DNA from: a virus
Reading direction: 5' to 3' (one strand)
Virus record (IMG/VR): IMGVR_UViG_3300045988_087103
Span: 1 to 40,617 of that record
Length of the DNA: 40,617 bases
The notes beneath the pieces were generated by a model. The model saw only the letters and a program-made list of their open reading frames with translations. It had not been told where the DNA came from and did not search any database. The position numbers and the translations under genes are program-made. Below, one piece after another: positions 24,514 to 34,586 of the stretch (position 1 is its first letter; every line of letters begins with the position of its first letter).

Positions 24514-24963
24514 ATGTATACCGATACCGTGACATTTTTTAATAAATATGTCGATGAGGCAGGGGATATATATTGGTATCCTCACATTTTGTCCAAGGTG
24601 GACTTAAATATGGATGAGGCTGCCAATGTGGTTAAAACCGGACCGGACAGCGCAGATACAGCAAGTTTGCATATTAAATACAGGGTAATAGCCGGGAAAC
24701 GAATGATAGGGAAACTTCTGTGGCTGCCGCCGAAAGAATGGAAAACCCAAGGGGATTTATTAAAAAGCATTACATTTGCGGCTGGGGATTTTTTTATGGC
24801 AGGAGAATACACGGAAGACCCGGTAAAAAATTCGGATTATGAAAACAGAGCAAACGGCGGTTTTTACGATTATTTGAACAAAAGCAGGGATTATGTATTC
24901 CTGGTAACAAACGTAAAAGGCCCTTATACAGTTATCCCACACTTTGAGATTGGAGGGAAATAA
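24514..24963 (+). CDS. Head-tail joining protein (hypothetical structural)
   Basis: 149 aa, AGGAGG SD, connector-module position. Confidence 0.5.
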   Translation: MYTDTVTFFNKYVDEAGDIYWYPHILSKVDLNMDEAANVVKTGPDSADTASLHIKYRVIAGKRMIGKLLWLPPKEWKTQGDLLKSITFAAGDFFMAGEYTEDPVKNSDYENRANGGFYDYLNKSRDYVFLVTNVKGPYTVIPHFEIGGK

Positions 24964-24964
24964 C

Positions 24965-25411
24965 ATGGCAGGAAGAACCTTTCATTTTCCTAAATGGTCT
25001 CTGGTCGAAGGTGATATCCGAGTGGATATAAATTTGAACCGGTTTGAAAAGCAGTACCAGGATGCGCAAATTTATCTTGACAGGGAAGTTATGAATGGCA
25101 TGAAGCCGTATATGCCGCTTAGAGACGGAGCGCTTGTGAATTTAACAAGCGAACAAAGTGCGGTATATCAAGGTACGGGTAAAGTGTACGCAGCCTATAC
25201 CCCTTACGGCAGATTCCAATACGAAGGAAAGATAATGGTTGACCCTGTGACGGATTTGCCGTGGGCGCGAAAGGGTGTAAAGAAAGTGCCGACAGACGAG
25301 GCCCTTACTTACAGCAATTCAAAAGCTACACCACATTGGTTCGATACAGCAAAAAACAACCATGGACAAGCATGGATACGAGGGGTGAAGAGAATTGCAG
25401 GAGGCGGATAA
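24965..25411 (+). CDS. Head-tail joining / minor capsid family protein
   Basis: 148 aa from ATG after GGAGGG. Connector-module position. Confidence 0.5.
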   Translation: MAGRTFHFPKWSLVEGDIRVDINLNRFEKQYQDAQIYLDREVMNGMKPYMPLRDGALVNLTSEQSAVYQGTGKVYAAYTPYGRFQYEGKIMVDPVTDLPWARKGVKKVPTDEALTYSNSKATPHWFDTAKNNHGQAWIRGVKRIAGGG

Positions 25412-25913
25412 ACGCAAGCCATTCAAATATGACGTGGACGGCTACGACATTATTACCAATGCTATCAACGATTTGCTTAATCAGTATCCGGGGCTCTTGG
25501 AGGGTGAACAGATTAAGTTTTCAACCCTGGGGGAGGAGAGTGGGATTGCCTTCTATCCCGTTACAGGCGCCGCTATTTCCAGTGAGAAAGTATCCGTCAC
25601 CGGGAAAGTGAATCAGCTTTGCAACTACCCGTTTTATATTGTGTACCGGACAGCGACGGAATCGGCGAATTCAAAAATAGATATAAAAGAATTTTTGGAC
25701 AACCTGGGGCGGTGGCTGGAAAGACAGACAATAAAGATAGGCAGTGAAACTTATAAGCTGCCGGGATACCCGGTGCTGACAGACGGCAGGACTATTACAG
25801 AGATTGTAAGGCAGGCACCAGCGTATCTGGACTATGTAAACGAAAACAATGTACAGAACTGGGTAATAAGCTTTGTATTCAGATACAGAAACATTTTTTA
25901 CAGGAATAAATAA
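25395..25913 (+). CDS. Tail completion / minor structural protein
   Basis: 172 aa, TTG start. Lies immediately upstream of the major tail gene. Confidence 0.5.
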   Translation: MQEADKRKPFKYDVDGYDIITNAINDLLNQYPGLLEGEQIKFSTLGEESGIAFYPVTGAAISSEKVSVTGKVNQLCNYPFYIVYRTATESANSKIDIKEFLDNLGRWLERQTIKIGSETYKLPGYPVLTDGRTITEIVRQAPAYLDYVNENNVQNWVISFVFRYRNIFYRNK

Positions 25914-25945
25914 CATAGCTGCAAGGACAGCAGAAAGGAAAACAT

Positions 25946-26452
25946 ATGAAATTAAATCGTGAAGCATTTATGCTCTATCTTGATTCTACATTTAAAAAAG
26001 TAACAGCAAGCGCGAAATGGGTTCTTATCGGAGATGATATCGAAGAACTTTCCACAGAGCTGAACCCGGATATGGAAACTACAAAGAATATCTTGGGACA
26101 GACAAAAACAAAAGATAACGGATATGAGCCTACCACAGACGCAGACCCGTTTTATGCAGACACGGATAATGAACTGTACAAACCGCTTAGAGATATTGCT
26201 CTGGAAAGAAAGAAAGGCGCAGCCTGCCAGACCCTTACGTTAGAGGTAATTATCGAGGACACAGCGGCAGAAAACCACCTGGCTTTTGTGCAGGAAGTTA
26301 TTGTGAAGCCACAGAGTTATGGTGGCGACACGGCCGGATTAAATATTCCGTTTAGTATTTCAGAGGACGGAAAACGTACAAAAGGGTATGTCACAGCAGC
26401 TTCTTTAAAAACAGGAGCGCCGGAATTTAAAGCCGGGGAAATCCCAAGCTGA
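25946..26452 (+). CDS. Major tail protein
   Basis: 168 aa, upstream of the chaperone pair and tape measure gene. Confidence 0.7.
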   Translation: MKLNREAFMLYLDSTFKKVTASAKWVLIGDDIEELSTELNPDMETTKNILGQTKTKDNGYEPTTDADPFYADTDNELYKPLRDIALERKKGAACQTLTLEVIIEDTAAENHLAFVQEVIVKPQSYGGDTAGLNIPFSISEDGKRTKGYVTAASLKTGAPEFKAGEIPS

Positions 26453-26477
26453 ACAGACACAGATAAGGAGAAAAAAC

Positions 26478-26903
26478 ATGGGAAATCAGAACAACCAGAA
26501 CAACGACATCATTATCGACGATGGAAGTAAGGTCTATAACATCAAGAATAAGCATGGAAAGTTACTTGGGAAATTCGTTTTCAGACCGTCTGATACAGGA
26601 ATTGTAAACCGCTATGAGGAAGTGGCGAAATTCTTTAACGATTTGCAGTTACCGGATAATTCAGAGGAAACAATGCGGGCGGCGGAGAAGGCATTGGTGG
26701 AACAGGTAAGCTATCTTATCGGCGCAGATGCACAGGAAGCATTTTTCGACATTTTGTCCCCGCTTTCCCCTTTGGCCTCCGGGGAATTGTTTGTAGAAAA
26801 CGTCCTCACGGCGATTGCAAACATCGTTGAAAAAGAATTTGAAGTGCGCAGTAAAAAGGTACAGCGTCGCATGAACAAATATGTGACGAAGTACCACCGA
26901 TAA
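26478..26903 (+). CDS. Tail assembly chaperone (gpG-like position)
   Basis: 141 aa, between the major tail and tape measure genes. Confidence 0.6.
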   Translation: MGNQNNQNNDIIIDDGSKVYNIKNKHGKLLGKFVFRPSDTGIVNRYEEVAKFFNDLQLPDNSEETMRAAEKALVEQVSYLIGADAQEAFFDILSPLSPLASGELFVENVLTAIANIVEKEFEVRSKKVQRRMNKYVTKYHR

Positions 26904-27499
26904 TGGACGCTTGGAAACTCCCGGTTTCCATTGATGTTTGTGGTAAGGAGTATTCGATTCGGACGGATTTTCGGGTTGTGCTGGACGTACTGACAGCTAT
27001 GAATGACCCGGAAATCTTATCTCCAGACATGACAGAAGACGAAAAGCAGTGGGAGAAAATCCTTACCATGCTGCAGATACTGTATGTGGATTTTGAGGAC
27101 ATGCCACCGAAGGACTGGAAAGAAGCAGCAGAAAAAGCAGTGGATTTTATTGATTGCGGAATAAAGCCGGGAGATAGTCCGAAGCCTCGGCTTATGGACT
27201 GGGAGCATGACGCTCCAGTTGTAATCCCGGCAATTAATAAGGTTGCACATAAAGATGTGCGGTCAGAAGCGTATATGCACTGGTGGACTTTCTTCGGACT
27301 ATACATGGAAGTCGGGGAGAGTACATTTTCCACGATTGTGAGTATCCGGGAAAAGAAACGCAAAGGAAAAAAACTGGAAAAATGGGAGAAAGATTTTTGC
27401 AGAGATAACCAGAAACTGGTTGATTTTGAGAAAAAACAGAAAGTAGAACGCAGCAAAGAAGAGAGAGAAGCCCTCGATTTGCTGTTTGGAAAAATATAG
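26903..27499 (+). CDS. Phage Gp15-family tail assembly protein (gpT-like position)
   Basis: 198 aa. WKLPVSIDVCGKEYSIRTDFRVVLDVL resembles the Phage_Gp15 N-terminus. TAATG overlap with the upstream gene, which is in the -1 frame relative to it. Confidence 0.6.
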   Translation: MDAWKLPVSIDVCGKEYSIRTDFRVVLDVLTAMNDPEILSPDMTEDEKQWEKILTMLQILYVDFEDMPPKDWKEAAEKAVDFIDCGIKPGDSPKPRLMDWEHDAPVVIPAINKVAHKDVRSEAYMHWWTFFGLYMEVGESTFSTIVSIREKKRKGKKLEKWEKDFCRDNQKLVDFEKKQKVERSKEEREALDLLFGKI

Positions 27500-27500
27500 A

Positions 27501-27522
27501 GCCAGACGCCAGACGCAGAGCC
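27501..27522 (+). repeat. 22-nt direct repeat GCCAGACGCCAGACGCAGAGCC, copy 2
   Basis: Exact match to 21418..21439. Begins 1 nt after the TAG stop at 27497..27499, 20 nt upstream of the tape measure start. Confidence 0.9.
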
Positions 27523-27542
27523 GAATAAGAAAAGGTGAGAAT

Positions 27543-30503
27543 ATGGCAGAAGCTGACGGATCTATTATTATTGATACCGAGATAGATACAGACGGAGCCA
27601 AGGTTGGAAGTAGAGAATTAGAGAATCATCTGCGGAAAGCAGCGGCAAAGGTTAATGACCTTGGGGAAACAACCAAGACAGCCCTTAATAAACAAATAGA
27701 TTCTTTCGCAAAACTGAATAGAGAGACAGCGGCCCAAAAAGAGAAAGTTGATGAATTAAGAAAAAAAGTTGCCGAGTATGGTAATCAAAAAATTCCTACA
27801 CAGGAATATAGAGAGATACAGCATTCCATAGCTGCGGCAACAGAAAAAATGAATCGACTGATTGAATCACAGCGAAAATTTGTTGACTTAGGTGGTTCTG
27901 CAGATAGTAAGCGATACAAAAGCCTGCAATACGATATTGATGAACTGGCAAATACGATTAAATATGCAAAAGGGGAATTAAGAGAGTTAGAGAGTGCTGG
28001 CAAAGCATTTACGCTTGGCAACAAAACGGAAAAAGCGGCCGCAGATATGAAAAAAGTAGAGGCGGAAGAGAGAAAACTTGTCAGCATGACAGAACGTCTC
28101 AAAACTGCATATTCTGGTATTAAGGGACAAGTAGAAGATTATAAAAAATCACTGTTTAAAACAGATAATGCTCAAAAAAGAGCGGCAACGTCGGGGCGGA
28201 AATTTTCAAAAACCCTTAAAGACACCGGAAAGTCTGCTAAATCCGCCCAATTTGGTATTGGGAAAATGTTGGGGACATCCCTTTTGTTTAGCTTTGTATT
28301 CCGGGCAATAAGCGCAGCAACGAGCGCGATTAAAGACGGATTTACCAATCTTGCGCAATACTCTGGCAGTACAAATAAAAGCATATCCATGTTATGGAGT
28401 AGCCTGGAACGCTTAAAGAACAGCCTTGCTACAGCGTTTGCACCTATCCTGGATGTTATAGCGCCTATCTTAACAAAGTTTATAGATATGCTCTCTACAG
28501 CGGCGAGTTATGTGAGTATGTTCTTTGCGTTCTTGTCGGGAAAAAGTACATACACAAAGGCAGTTGCGGTACAAAAGGATTATGCTTCCAGTCTGCAGGA
28601 TACAGCGACAGGGGCAAAAGACGCCGCGGAGGAAACAGAAAAGGCAGCAGAAGCAGCAGAAGATTATCTTTCCCCGCTGGATGATATAAACCGCTATACG
28701 GAACAAAGTAGCAGCAGTAGTGGAAACAATGGTGGAGGGAACAACGGAGGCGTTGGAGGAACTATCCCAGAAGGCCCGTTCTTTGAAGAAGTCGAAATTA
28801 CGGACATTCCTATCCTGCAAAAGGTAAAAGATACTTTGGCAAGTCTTTTTAAGCCATTTAAAGAAGCGTGGCAGGCAGAAGGAAAAAATACCATTGACGC
28901 TGCAAAATATGCGCTTTCAAGCCTGGGAGATTTAGCAAAGAGTGTAGGCAGAAGTCTTCTTGAAGTATGGACAAATGGAACAGGAACGCAAATGTTATCT
29001 ACCATGCTCAGAATCGCACAGCAGGTTTTGATTCTGATTGGGAACATTGCCACGAAGCTGAAAGAAGCATGGGAAACGAACAATGTCGGAACACGAATTA
29101 TACAGGCCATAGCGGACATTATACAGACGGTCCTTGATTTTGTGGAAAGGATTGCAAAGGCGACGGCTGACTGGGCGGCAAATTTAGACTTCTACCCATT
29201 GCTGGAATCCATTGCAAGACTGCTGGAATCCATTAAACCGATTGTAAAGACTATAGGAGATTTCCTGTATAAAATTTATACCACTATCATTCTCCCAGTG
29301 GCAAAATTCCTGATAGAAACAGCTCTTCCGGCTATTATAAATGCTTTGGCAGGATTGTTTGAATTTCTGGGTAAACACCAATGGATTATTGAGGCTGTCG
29401 GTGCGGCTCTAATAGGGGCTTTTGCGGCCGGAAAAATAATCCCACTGATAATGAAAATAGTAACTGCCGTGAAAGGGCTGATTACACTGTTTGGTAATGC
29501 GGGGCTGATTGGTGTTATCGGTAAGATAATAAGTGTTATTGGTAAACTAATCCCGGGAATCGGTGCAGTAATTTCAACTTTAGGTGGCCCTCTTACTCTG
29601 GCAATCATTGCAGTTATTGCGGTAGGAATCCTTTTAATAACACACTGGGACGATATAAAGGCAGCAGCCGCTGAACTCGCAGAGCAAATAAAATTAAGAT
29701 GGGAAGCAATAAAAACAACAACAGAACTTATTTGGAACGGCATTAAGCAGTTCTTGAGCGATACATGGGATTCCATAAAGCAGAAGGCTTCTGACATCTG
29801 GAATGGCATTACAGGTATTTTACAAGGTTTTGATGATTTCCTAAGTGGAATCTTTACGCAGGACTTCCAGGAGCAGTTTGGCGTTATGGGAGACATCCTG
29901 GAGGGATTTTGGAGCAGTGTAGAGCATATATGGAGTGGAATTAAGAATACCTTCAGTGGAATTATTAATTTCATTAAAAATGTTTTCACACTGAATTGGA
30001 AAGGTGCATGGCAGTCTGTAATAGACATTTTCTCCGGTATCTTTGAAACTCTGGGAGGTATTGCGACAATGCCATTAAATACGATTATAGGTGTGGTAAA
30101 CACCATAATCCGTGCGATTGCATCGGGGTTAAATGCGGTAATCCGTATGCTTAACAGGATTCACTTTACAATTCCAAGCTGGGTACCGGGATTTGGTGGA
30201 AACAGTTTCGGCTTTAGTATTTCGACAATAACCCCTCCCACCATTCCATATCTTGCGTCTGGCGCCGTTATTCCGCCGAACAAGGAATTCATGGCAGTAT
30301 TGGGAGACCAGAAGTATGGAAACAATATAGAGGCGCCAGAGGGGCTTATAAGACGTATTGTGAGAGAAGAAACCGGAGGCGGCAACGGAAATAAATATGA
30401 GGTGAGTGCAAAGGTAGGCAGACGAGAAATTATGCGTATTATAATTGATGAAGCGAAGACAATGCAAATGCAGACAGGGAGAAATCCCTTTGAATTGGCA
30501 TGA
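27543..30503 (+). CDS. Tail tape measure protein
   Basis: 986 aa from ATG after AAGGTGAG. Coiled-coil N-terminal part, Gly/Asn run, multiple hydrophobic segments (IIPLIMKIVTAVKGLITLFGNAGLIGVIG...). Confidence 0.9.
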   Translation: MAEADGSIIIDTEIDTDGAKVGSRELENHLRKAAAKVNDLGETTKTALNKQIDSFAKLNRETAAQKEKVDELRKKVAEYGNQKIPTQEYREIQHSIAAATEKMNRLIESQRKFVDLGGSADSKRYKSLQYDIDELANTIKYAKGELRELESAGKAFTLGNKTEKAAADMKKVEAEERKLVSMTERLKTAYSGIKGQVEDYKKSLFKTDNAQKRAATSGRKFSKTLKDTGKSAKSAQFGIGKMLGTSLLFSFVFRAISAATSAIKDGFTNLAQYSGSTNKSISMLWSSLERLKNSLATAFAPILDVIAPILTKFIDMLSTAASYVSMFFAFLSGKSTYTKAVAVQKDYASSLQDTATGAKDAAEETEKAAEAAEDYLSPLDDINRYTEQSSSSSGNNGGGNNGGVGGTIPEGPFFEEVEITDIPILQKVKDTLASLFKPFKEAWQAEGKNTIDAAKYALSSLGDLAKSVGRSLLEVWTNGTGTQMLSTMLRIAQQVLILIGNIATKLKEAWETNNVGTRIIQAIADIIQTVLDFVERIAKATADWAANLDFYPLLESIARLLESIKPIVKTIGDFLYKIYTTIILPVAKFLIETALPAIINALAGLFEFLGKHQWIIEAVGAALIGAFAAGKIIPLIMKIVTAVKGLITLFGNAGLIGVIGKIISVIGKLIPGIGAVISTLGGPLTLAIIAVIAVGILLITHWDDIKAAAAELAEQIKLRWEAIKTTTELIWNGIKQFLSDTWDSIKQKASDIWNGITGILQGFDDFLSGIFTQDFQEQFGVMGDILEGFWSSVEHIWSGIKNTFSGIINFIKNVFTLNWKGAWQSVIDIFSGIFETLGGIATMPLNTIIGVVNTIIRAIASGLNAVIRMLNRIHFTIPSWVPGFGGNSFGFSISTITPPTIPYLASGAVIPPNKEFMAVLGDQKYGNNIEAPEGLIRRIVREETGGGNGNKYEVSAKVGRREIMRIIIDEAKTMQMQTGRNPFELA

Positions 30504-30519
30504 TTGAGAGGTGGAGAGA

Positions 30520-30906
30520 ATGGCACAGAGACATTTGATGTTTGATGACTACGAAGCGCCGGATGTTGATGAAGACGGTTATTCCGTAAGCGAGGCGGTG
30601 ACATCTGATTCAAACCGGACAAGGACCATGAAAGGCTATATGAAAGGTGGAGTTCTCTTCACCGTCGAGGCCTACAATTTAAAGTGGAGTAATATTTCGG
30701 CCAAAGCTGCGGCAGAAATTAAGAAAAGGGTTCTCGGAAAAGAAAAGTTCCAATTTTACCACTTTAATACTTATACTGCCAGGTGGGAAACGGGACCGTT
30801 TATGGTAAATAACATAGAAACATCGTTTTACTCTCTGGTAGACGGAGAGGAAACAGTAAAAGAATTAAGTTTCCAGGTAACAGGCATAAACCCCTTAAGA
30901 ATATAG
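30520..30906 (+). CDS. Distal tail protein candidate (by position)
   Basis: 128 aa directly after the tape measure gene. SD GGTGGAG. Confidence 0.45.
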   Translation: MAQRHLMFDDYEAPDVDEDGYSVSEAVTSDSNRTRTMKGYMKGGVLFTVEAYNLKWSNISAKAAAEIKKRVLGKEKFQFYHFNTYTARWETGPFMVNNIETSFYSLVDGEETVKELSFQVTGINPLRI

Positions 30907-30913
30907 GTGAATT

Positions 30914-33382
30914 ATGAAGAATGTAAGCTACGATTTTAAAGAGATTATCCATAACGGCGGACCGTTTTACGCATATGCCAAAGTTGTGCTGGCAGACGGG
31001 CAGAAGTTAGAACTTAATTCCGAAAGAGATTTTTTGCTGGACGGAAACGGATACTCGGAGTCCGGCGGGGCAAGTTCATTCCCTCTTGGTATAGCAGCAG
31101 CCAAAACCATGAGGATTGCCCTTGATAATTCGGAGCAGCAGTATTCCGAATACGATTTCTATTATGCGCGCATTACGCTGTACACAGAAGCCGAATTGCC
31201 GAATGGCACAACAGAACAGATTAAGGAAGGTACCTTCACTGTCACTTCTCCTGTAGCAAACGGTGACACAATAGAAATTGAAGCCGTAAATGATATGTAT
31301 AAAACCAACATTACATATAGCCCAAGCATTGCTTTTCCGGCTACAACGATGCAGATTTTACAGGATGTGTGTAAGCAATGCAACTTAGTTTTAGGCAGCC
31401 CGTCCTTTACGAACCAGAATTTTATTGTAGAAAGCATAGAAAAGGACCTGCTCTGCAGAGAAGTGATAGGGTATATAGCCCAGATTGCGGGCGGAAATGC
31501 GGTATGCGATGAGAACAATAGACTGTTGATTAAGACCTACGATTTATCCATATTTGAAAGCCAGGAATATATTTCGGGCGGAGAGTTTGGAGAAACAGCT
31601 GAGGACACGACATTCGGCGGAGATTTCGGGGAAACTGTACAGGATATCATTTTTGGGGGAGAGTTTGGAGATAACGATGACTACCATGTGCTGTCAAATT
31701 TTCCGGAAGAACCAGAGATTAGTACAGATGATGTGGTTATTACTGGATTGTCTACTACATACAAGAAAGTTGTAAATGGGGAAGAGCAGGAACTGGAATA
31801 CCTTTATGGGAAAGAGGGATATGTTCTGAGTATTGACAATCCGCTGATATCCGGCAAGGAACAAGAAGCATTGGGGCTGATAGGGAAGTGGATAGTAGGA
31901 ATTGAAGTGCGGCCGTTTACAGCCACACACACGGCATATCCTACCGCTGAATTCATGGACCCGGCTTATGTTGTTGATACAAAAAACAATGTATACGAAA
32001 CGTTTCTGACGGATATAGAGTTTGAATATATGTCAACGACAGCGTTTTCCAACAGTACAGAAAGTCCGGCCAGAAACAATGCAGACTATTTTTCCCAGGC
32101 AGGCGCAGCTTATAGAAAAGCCAGAGAGGAACTGAGCAAGCAGAAAACAGAATGGGAAAAAGCCATGGAAGATTTGAGCAGCAGGCTTGAAAACTCCTCT
32201 GGCCTATATATGACAGCAGAAAAGCAGTCTGACGGCAGCTCTATCTACTATATGCACGATAAACCCACAAAAGAACAGTCGAAAATTGTTTGGAAAATGA
32301 CAGCAGAGGCTATGGCAGTATCTACAGACGGAGGAAAGACCTGGAATGCCGGATTAACTGTGGACGGTACACTGATAGCAAAAATTTTAAATGCTATTGG
32401 AATAAATGCGGACTGGATTAATTCCGGTACTGTGAGCGCAGATAGGATTTATGGCGGTACTCTGACGTTGGGCGGAAAAGATAATAGGTATGGAACACTC
32501 CAAGTTTTGGATAGCGATGGAGAAGTTCGGGGTGTATGGGACTATCTCACTTTAAAACTAAAAGATAAAAATGGTTCGGTTGCTCAACCCGCAATTCAGG
32601 TTATATCTTCCCAGAATAATAACGAAACAAAAATTTCGGGAGGATACTTTAGCGTTAAGTATGGACAAAAAACCATGCTTTATATCTCGGATGATTTAAA
32701 TTATGTACGCACTGAAAAATTACAAAGCTATGGGTTTGAGAGCGTTGGTGATGCTAAAATTTCTGGAAACTTAACTGTTGCACTCAATGCAAAATGTAAT
32801 TCAATGGACGCTAGCTCTGCAAACATTTCCGGAACTGTAAACACCAGGTGGGTAAAAGCCTCGGATGCAATCTGGGCACAGAATTTTTTCGTTAACGGCG
32901 GAGGAACAAAAGCAAAAATATCGAAAACCCAAAATTTCGGAGATAGAGTTCAACATTGTTACGAAACATCATCTCCATATTTCGGAGATATAGGACAAGG
33001 ATATTTAGATACAAACGGAGTGTGCAGAATATTCATTGAGGATGTATTCATTGAAACAATCAATACAGAGTGCGAATACCAGGTTTTTCTTCAAAAGGAA
33101 GGTCAAGGGGATATATGGGTGGAAGAAAAAGAAACACTTTATTTCATCGTTAGAGGCACTCCTGGTTTGAAATTTGCATGGGAATTAAAAGGGATACAGA
33201 GAGGATTTGAAGCCCGGAGACTGGACAGGGTTGAAGTTGAGTCCGATGAAAGAAAAGATATTGATTATGCGCTTAATGCGGCAAAGTTTTATGAAGAAAT
33301 CCAGCATAACAACTATGCAGGAGAAGGATATAGCTTTTATATGAATTACATAAATGATTTAAGGAGGCAATATTATGCGTAG
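30914..33382 (+). CDS. Tail tip / baseplate structural protein (Tal-like position)
   Basis: 822 aa following the Dit-position gene. Contains a 3x tandem 13-aa GG(E/D)FGE repeat at 31577..31693. Confidence 0.6.
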   Translation: MKNVSYDFKEIIHNGGPFYAYAKVVLADGQKLELNSERDFLLDGNGYSESGGASSFPLGIAAAKTMRIALDNSEQQYSEYDFYYARITLYTEAELPNGTTEQIKEGTFTVTSPVANGDTIEIEAVNDMYKTNITYSPSIAFPATTMQILQDVCKQCNLVLGSPSFTNQNFIVESIEKDLLCREVIGYIAQIAGGNAVCDENNRLLIKTYDLSIFESQEYISGGEFGETAEDTTFGGDFGETVQDIIFGGEFGDNDDYHVLSNFPEEPEISTDDVVITGLSTTYKKVVNGEEQELEYLYGKEGYVLSIDNPLISGKEQEALGLIGKWIVGIEVRPFTATHTAYPTAEFMDPAYVVDTKNNVYETFLTDIEFEYMSTTAFSNSTESPARNNADYFSQAGAAYRKAREELSKQKTEWEKAMEDLSSRLENSSGLYMTAEKQSDGSSIYYMHDKPTKEQSKIVWKMTAEAMAVSTDGGKTWNAGLTVDGTLIAKILNAIGINADWINSGTVSADRIYGGTLTLGGKDNRYGTLQVLDSDGEVRGVWDYLTLKLKDKNGSVAQPAIQVISSQNNNETKISGGYFSVKYGQKTMLYISDDLNYVRTEKLQSYGFESVGDAKISGNLTVALNAKCNSMDASSANISGTVNTRWVKASDAIWAQNFFVNGGGTKAKISKTQNFGDRVQHCYETSSPYFGDIGQGYLDTNGVCRIFIEDVFIETINTECEYQVFLQKEGQGDIWVEEKETLYFIVRGTPGLKFAWELKGIQRGFEARRLDRVEVESDERKDIDYALNAAKFYEEIQHNNYAGEGYSFYMNYINDLRRQYYA

Positions 33383-33587
33383 AATTTCTAGCGTTACAAT
33401 TTTTCCAAGCGGTGATGGAACTGTGGTGTCATATACATACTCAGAAATTGATGATAACGGTATTCCGGTAAAGCAGAATGTCCGTAAACAGTTTATTATA
33501 CCGGACGGACGAGACGACTTGGAAAATGCGTTCAAAACACTGAGACAGGCAGCTATGGAAAATGTAACCGTGACGGAAGGTGAATAA
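33375..33587 (+). CDS. Hypothetical protein
   Basis: 70 aa, AAGGAGG SD. Confidence 0.55.
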   Translation: MRRISSVTIFPSGDGTVVSYTYSEIDDNGIPVKQNVRKQFIIPDGRDDLENAFKTLRQAAMENVTVTEGE

Positions 33588-33589
33588 GA

Positions 33590-34579
33590 ATGGCAATTAA
33601 AAAAACGCGGCAGCGGCAGCGAGGCGGCCCATACAGCAAATTTGATAAAACAAAAACGCTGCCCCGTGAATTCCAAATTGTGGAATCTGGGGACCCGAAT
33701 ACCAAAGATGGACGGGCTGTATACATAGCTTTTGAAGCAGGAGAACCGAAAAGGCTGTCTACCTACGAAGATATGCAGGAAGATATCGATAATGCAACAG
33801 AAGAGATACAGGGAACGCTTACATCCGGTGTAGATAAGAAAATAAAAGAGGCAGACGCTGCCATAACATCTGCCAAAAGCGCAGCAACAAAAGCGAATAC
33901 GGCGACCACAAATGCAAATACGGCAACGGATAGCGCAAATAAAGCCGCAGATAATGCGAATAAAGCAGTTGAAAACATACAGAGTAAAGTTGCAATAAAT
34001 GACAAACAGCCCTCGGCCACAACCGCATATAGTGGAAATAAAATAGAAACAGAATTTTTGAAAAAAAATGGGGATTCTTCCGAAACCACTGTAACGTTTG
34101 AAGTAGCAACGCAGAGGGCAAATATCCAGCCGCAAGATACCTTGGAAATTGCATTTGGAAAACTGGCAAAATTCTGCGGAGATTTAAAATCACATGCTTT
34201 TGCGGCGCCAGTGAATAACCTGGCCGGAACAAATCCGGATTTGGCATTGGCGGCACCTATGGGGAAAGAACTTAAGGGTGAGATTGATGCGCTAAACTCC
34301 GCTTTAACGAACGGTAAAATATATAATGCAGGGGACTATGATGCAAATATATTAACATACGCAGAAACCCTTCGAGATAATTCGTTTACTATAATTCGAT
34401 ATCGTGGATATAGCAGCACTGGCGAATCTATTAATGCAGCCCCCACAAATGCATCAGGGGCAGCAATTATTATTAGGACCTCCATTAATTACATGGCAAT
34501 TATAGCTATTCCATTCGATAACACAGGTGTATATAGCCGTGTTAAAGATAATGGAACGTGGAAAGCTTGGACACACTAA
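33590..34579 (+). CDS. Tail fibre protein, variant A (C-terminus inside a putative invertible segment)
   Basis: 329 aa. Fibre-like repeats KSAATKANTATTNANTATDSANKAADNANKAVEN. IR-L at 34294..34311 lies in frame at ...ALNSALTNGK. Confidence 0.7.
   Translation: MAIKKTRQRQRGGPYSKFDKTKTLPREFQIVESGDPNTKDGRAVYIAFEAGEPKRLSTYEDMQEDIDNATEEIQGTLTSGVDKKIKEADAAITSAKSAATKANTATTNANTATDSANKAADNANKAVENIQSKVAINDKQPSATTAYSGNKIETEFLKKNGDSSETTVTFEVATQRANIQPQDTLEIAFGKLAKFCGDLKSHAFAAPVNNLAGTNPDLALAAPMGKELKGEIDALNSALTNGKIYNAGDYDANILTYAETLRDNSFTIIRYRGYSSTGESINAAPTNASGAAIIIRTSINYMAIIAIPFDNTGVYSRVKDNGTWKAWTH
34294..34311 (+). repeat. Inverted repeat IR-L (AAACTCCGCTTTAACGAA)
   Basis: 17/18 identical, with a 14-nt perfect core, to the reverse complement of 34864..34881. 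Confidence 0.9.
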
Positions 34580-34586
34580 ATTAAAT

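Noticed and set aside
33840-33990. Repetitive DNA in the fibre gene (GCAAATACGGC... units), and the Ala/Gln-rich repeats of 35900..36600, as CRISPR-like or non-coding tandem repeats
   Set aside because: They are in frame within long ORFs and encode fibre coiled-coil or heptad-like repeats. There is no repeat-spacer periodicity and no cas genes.
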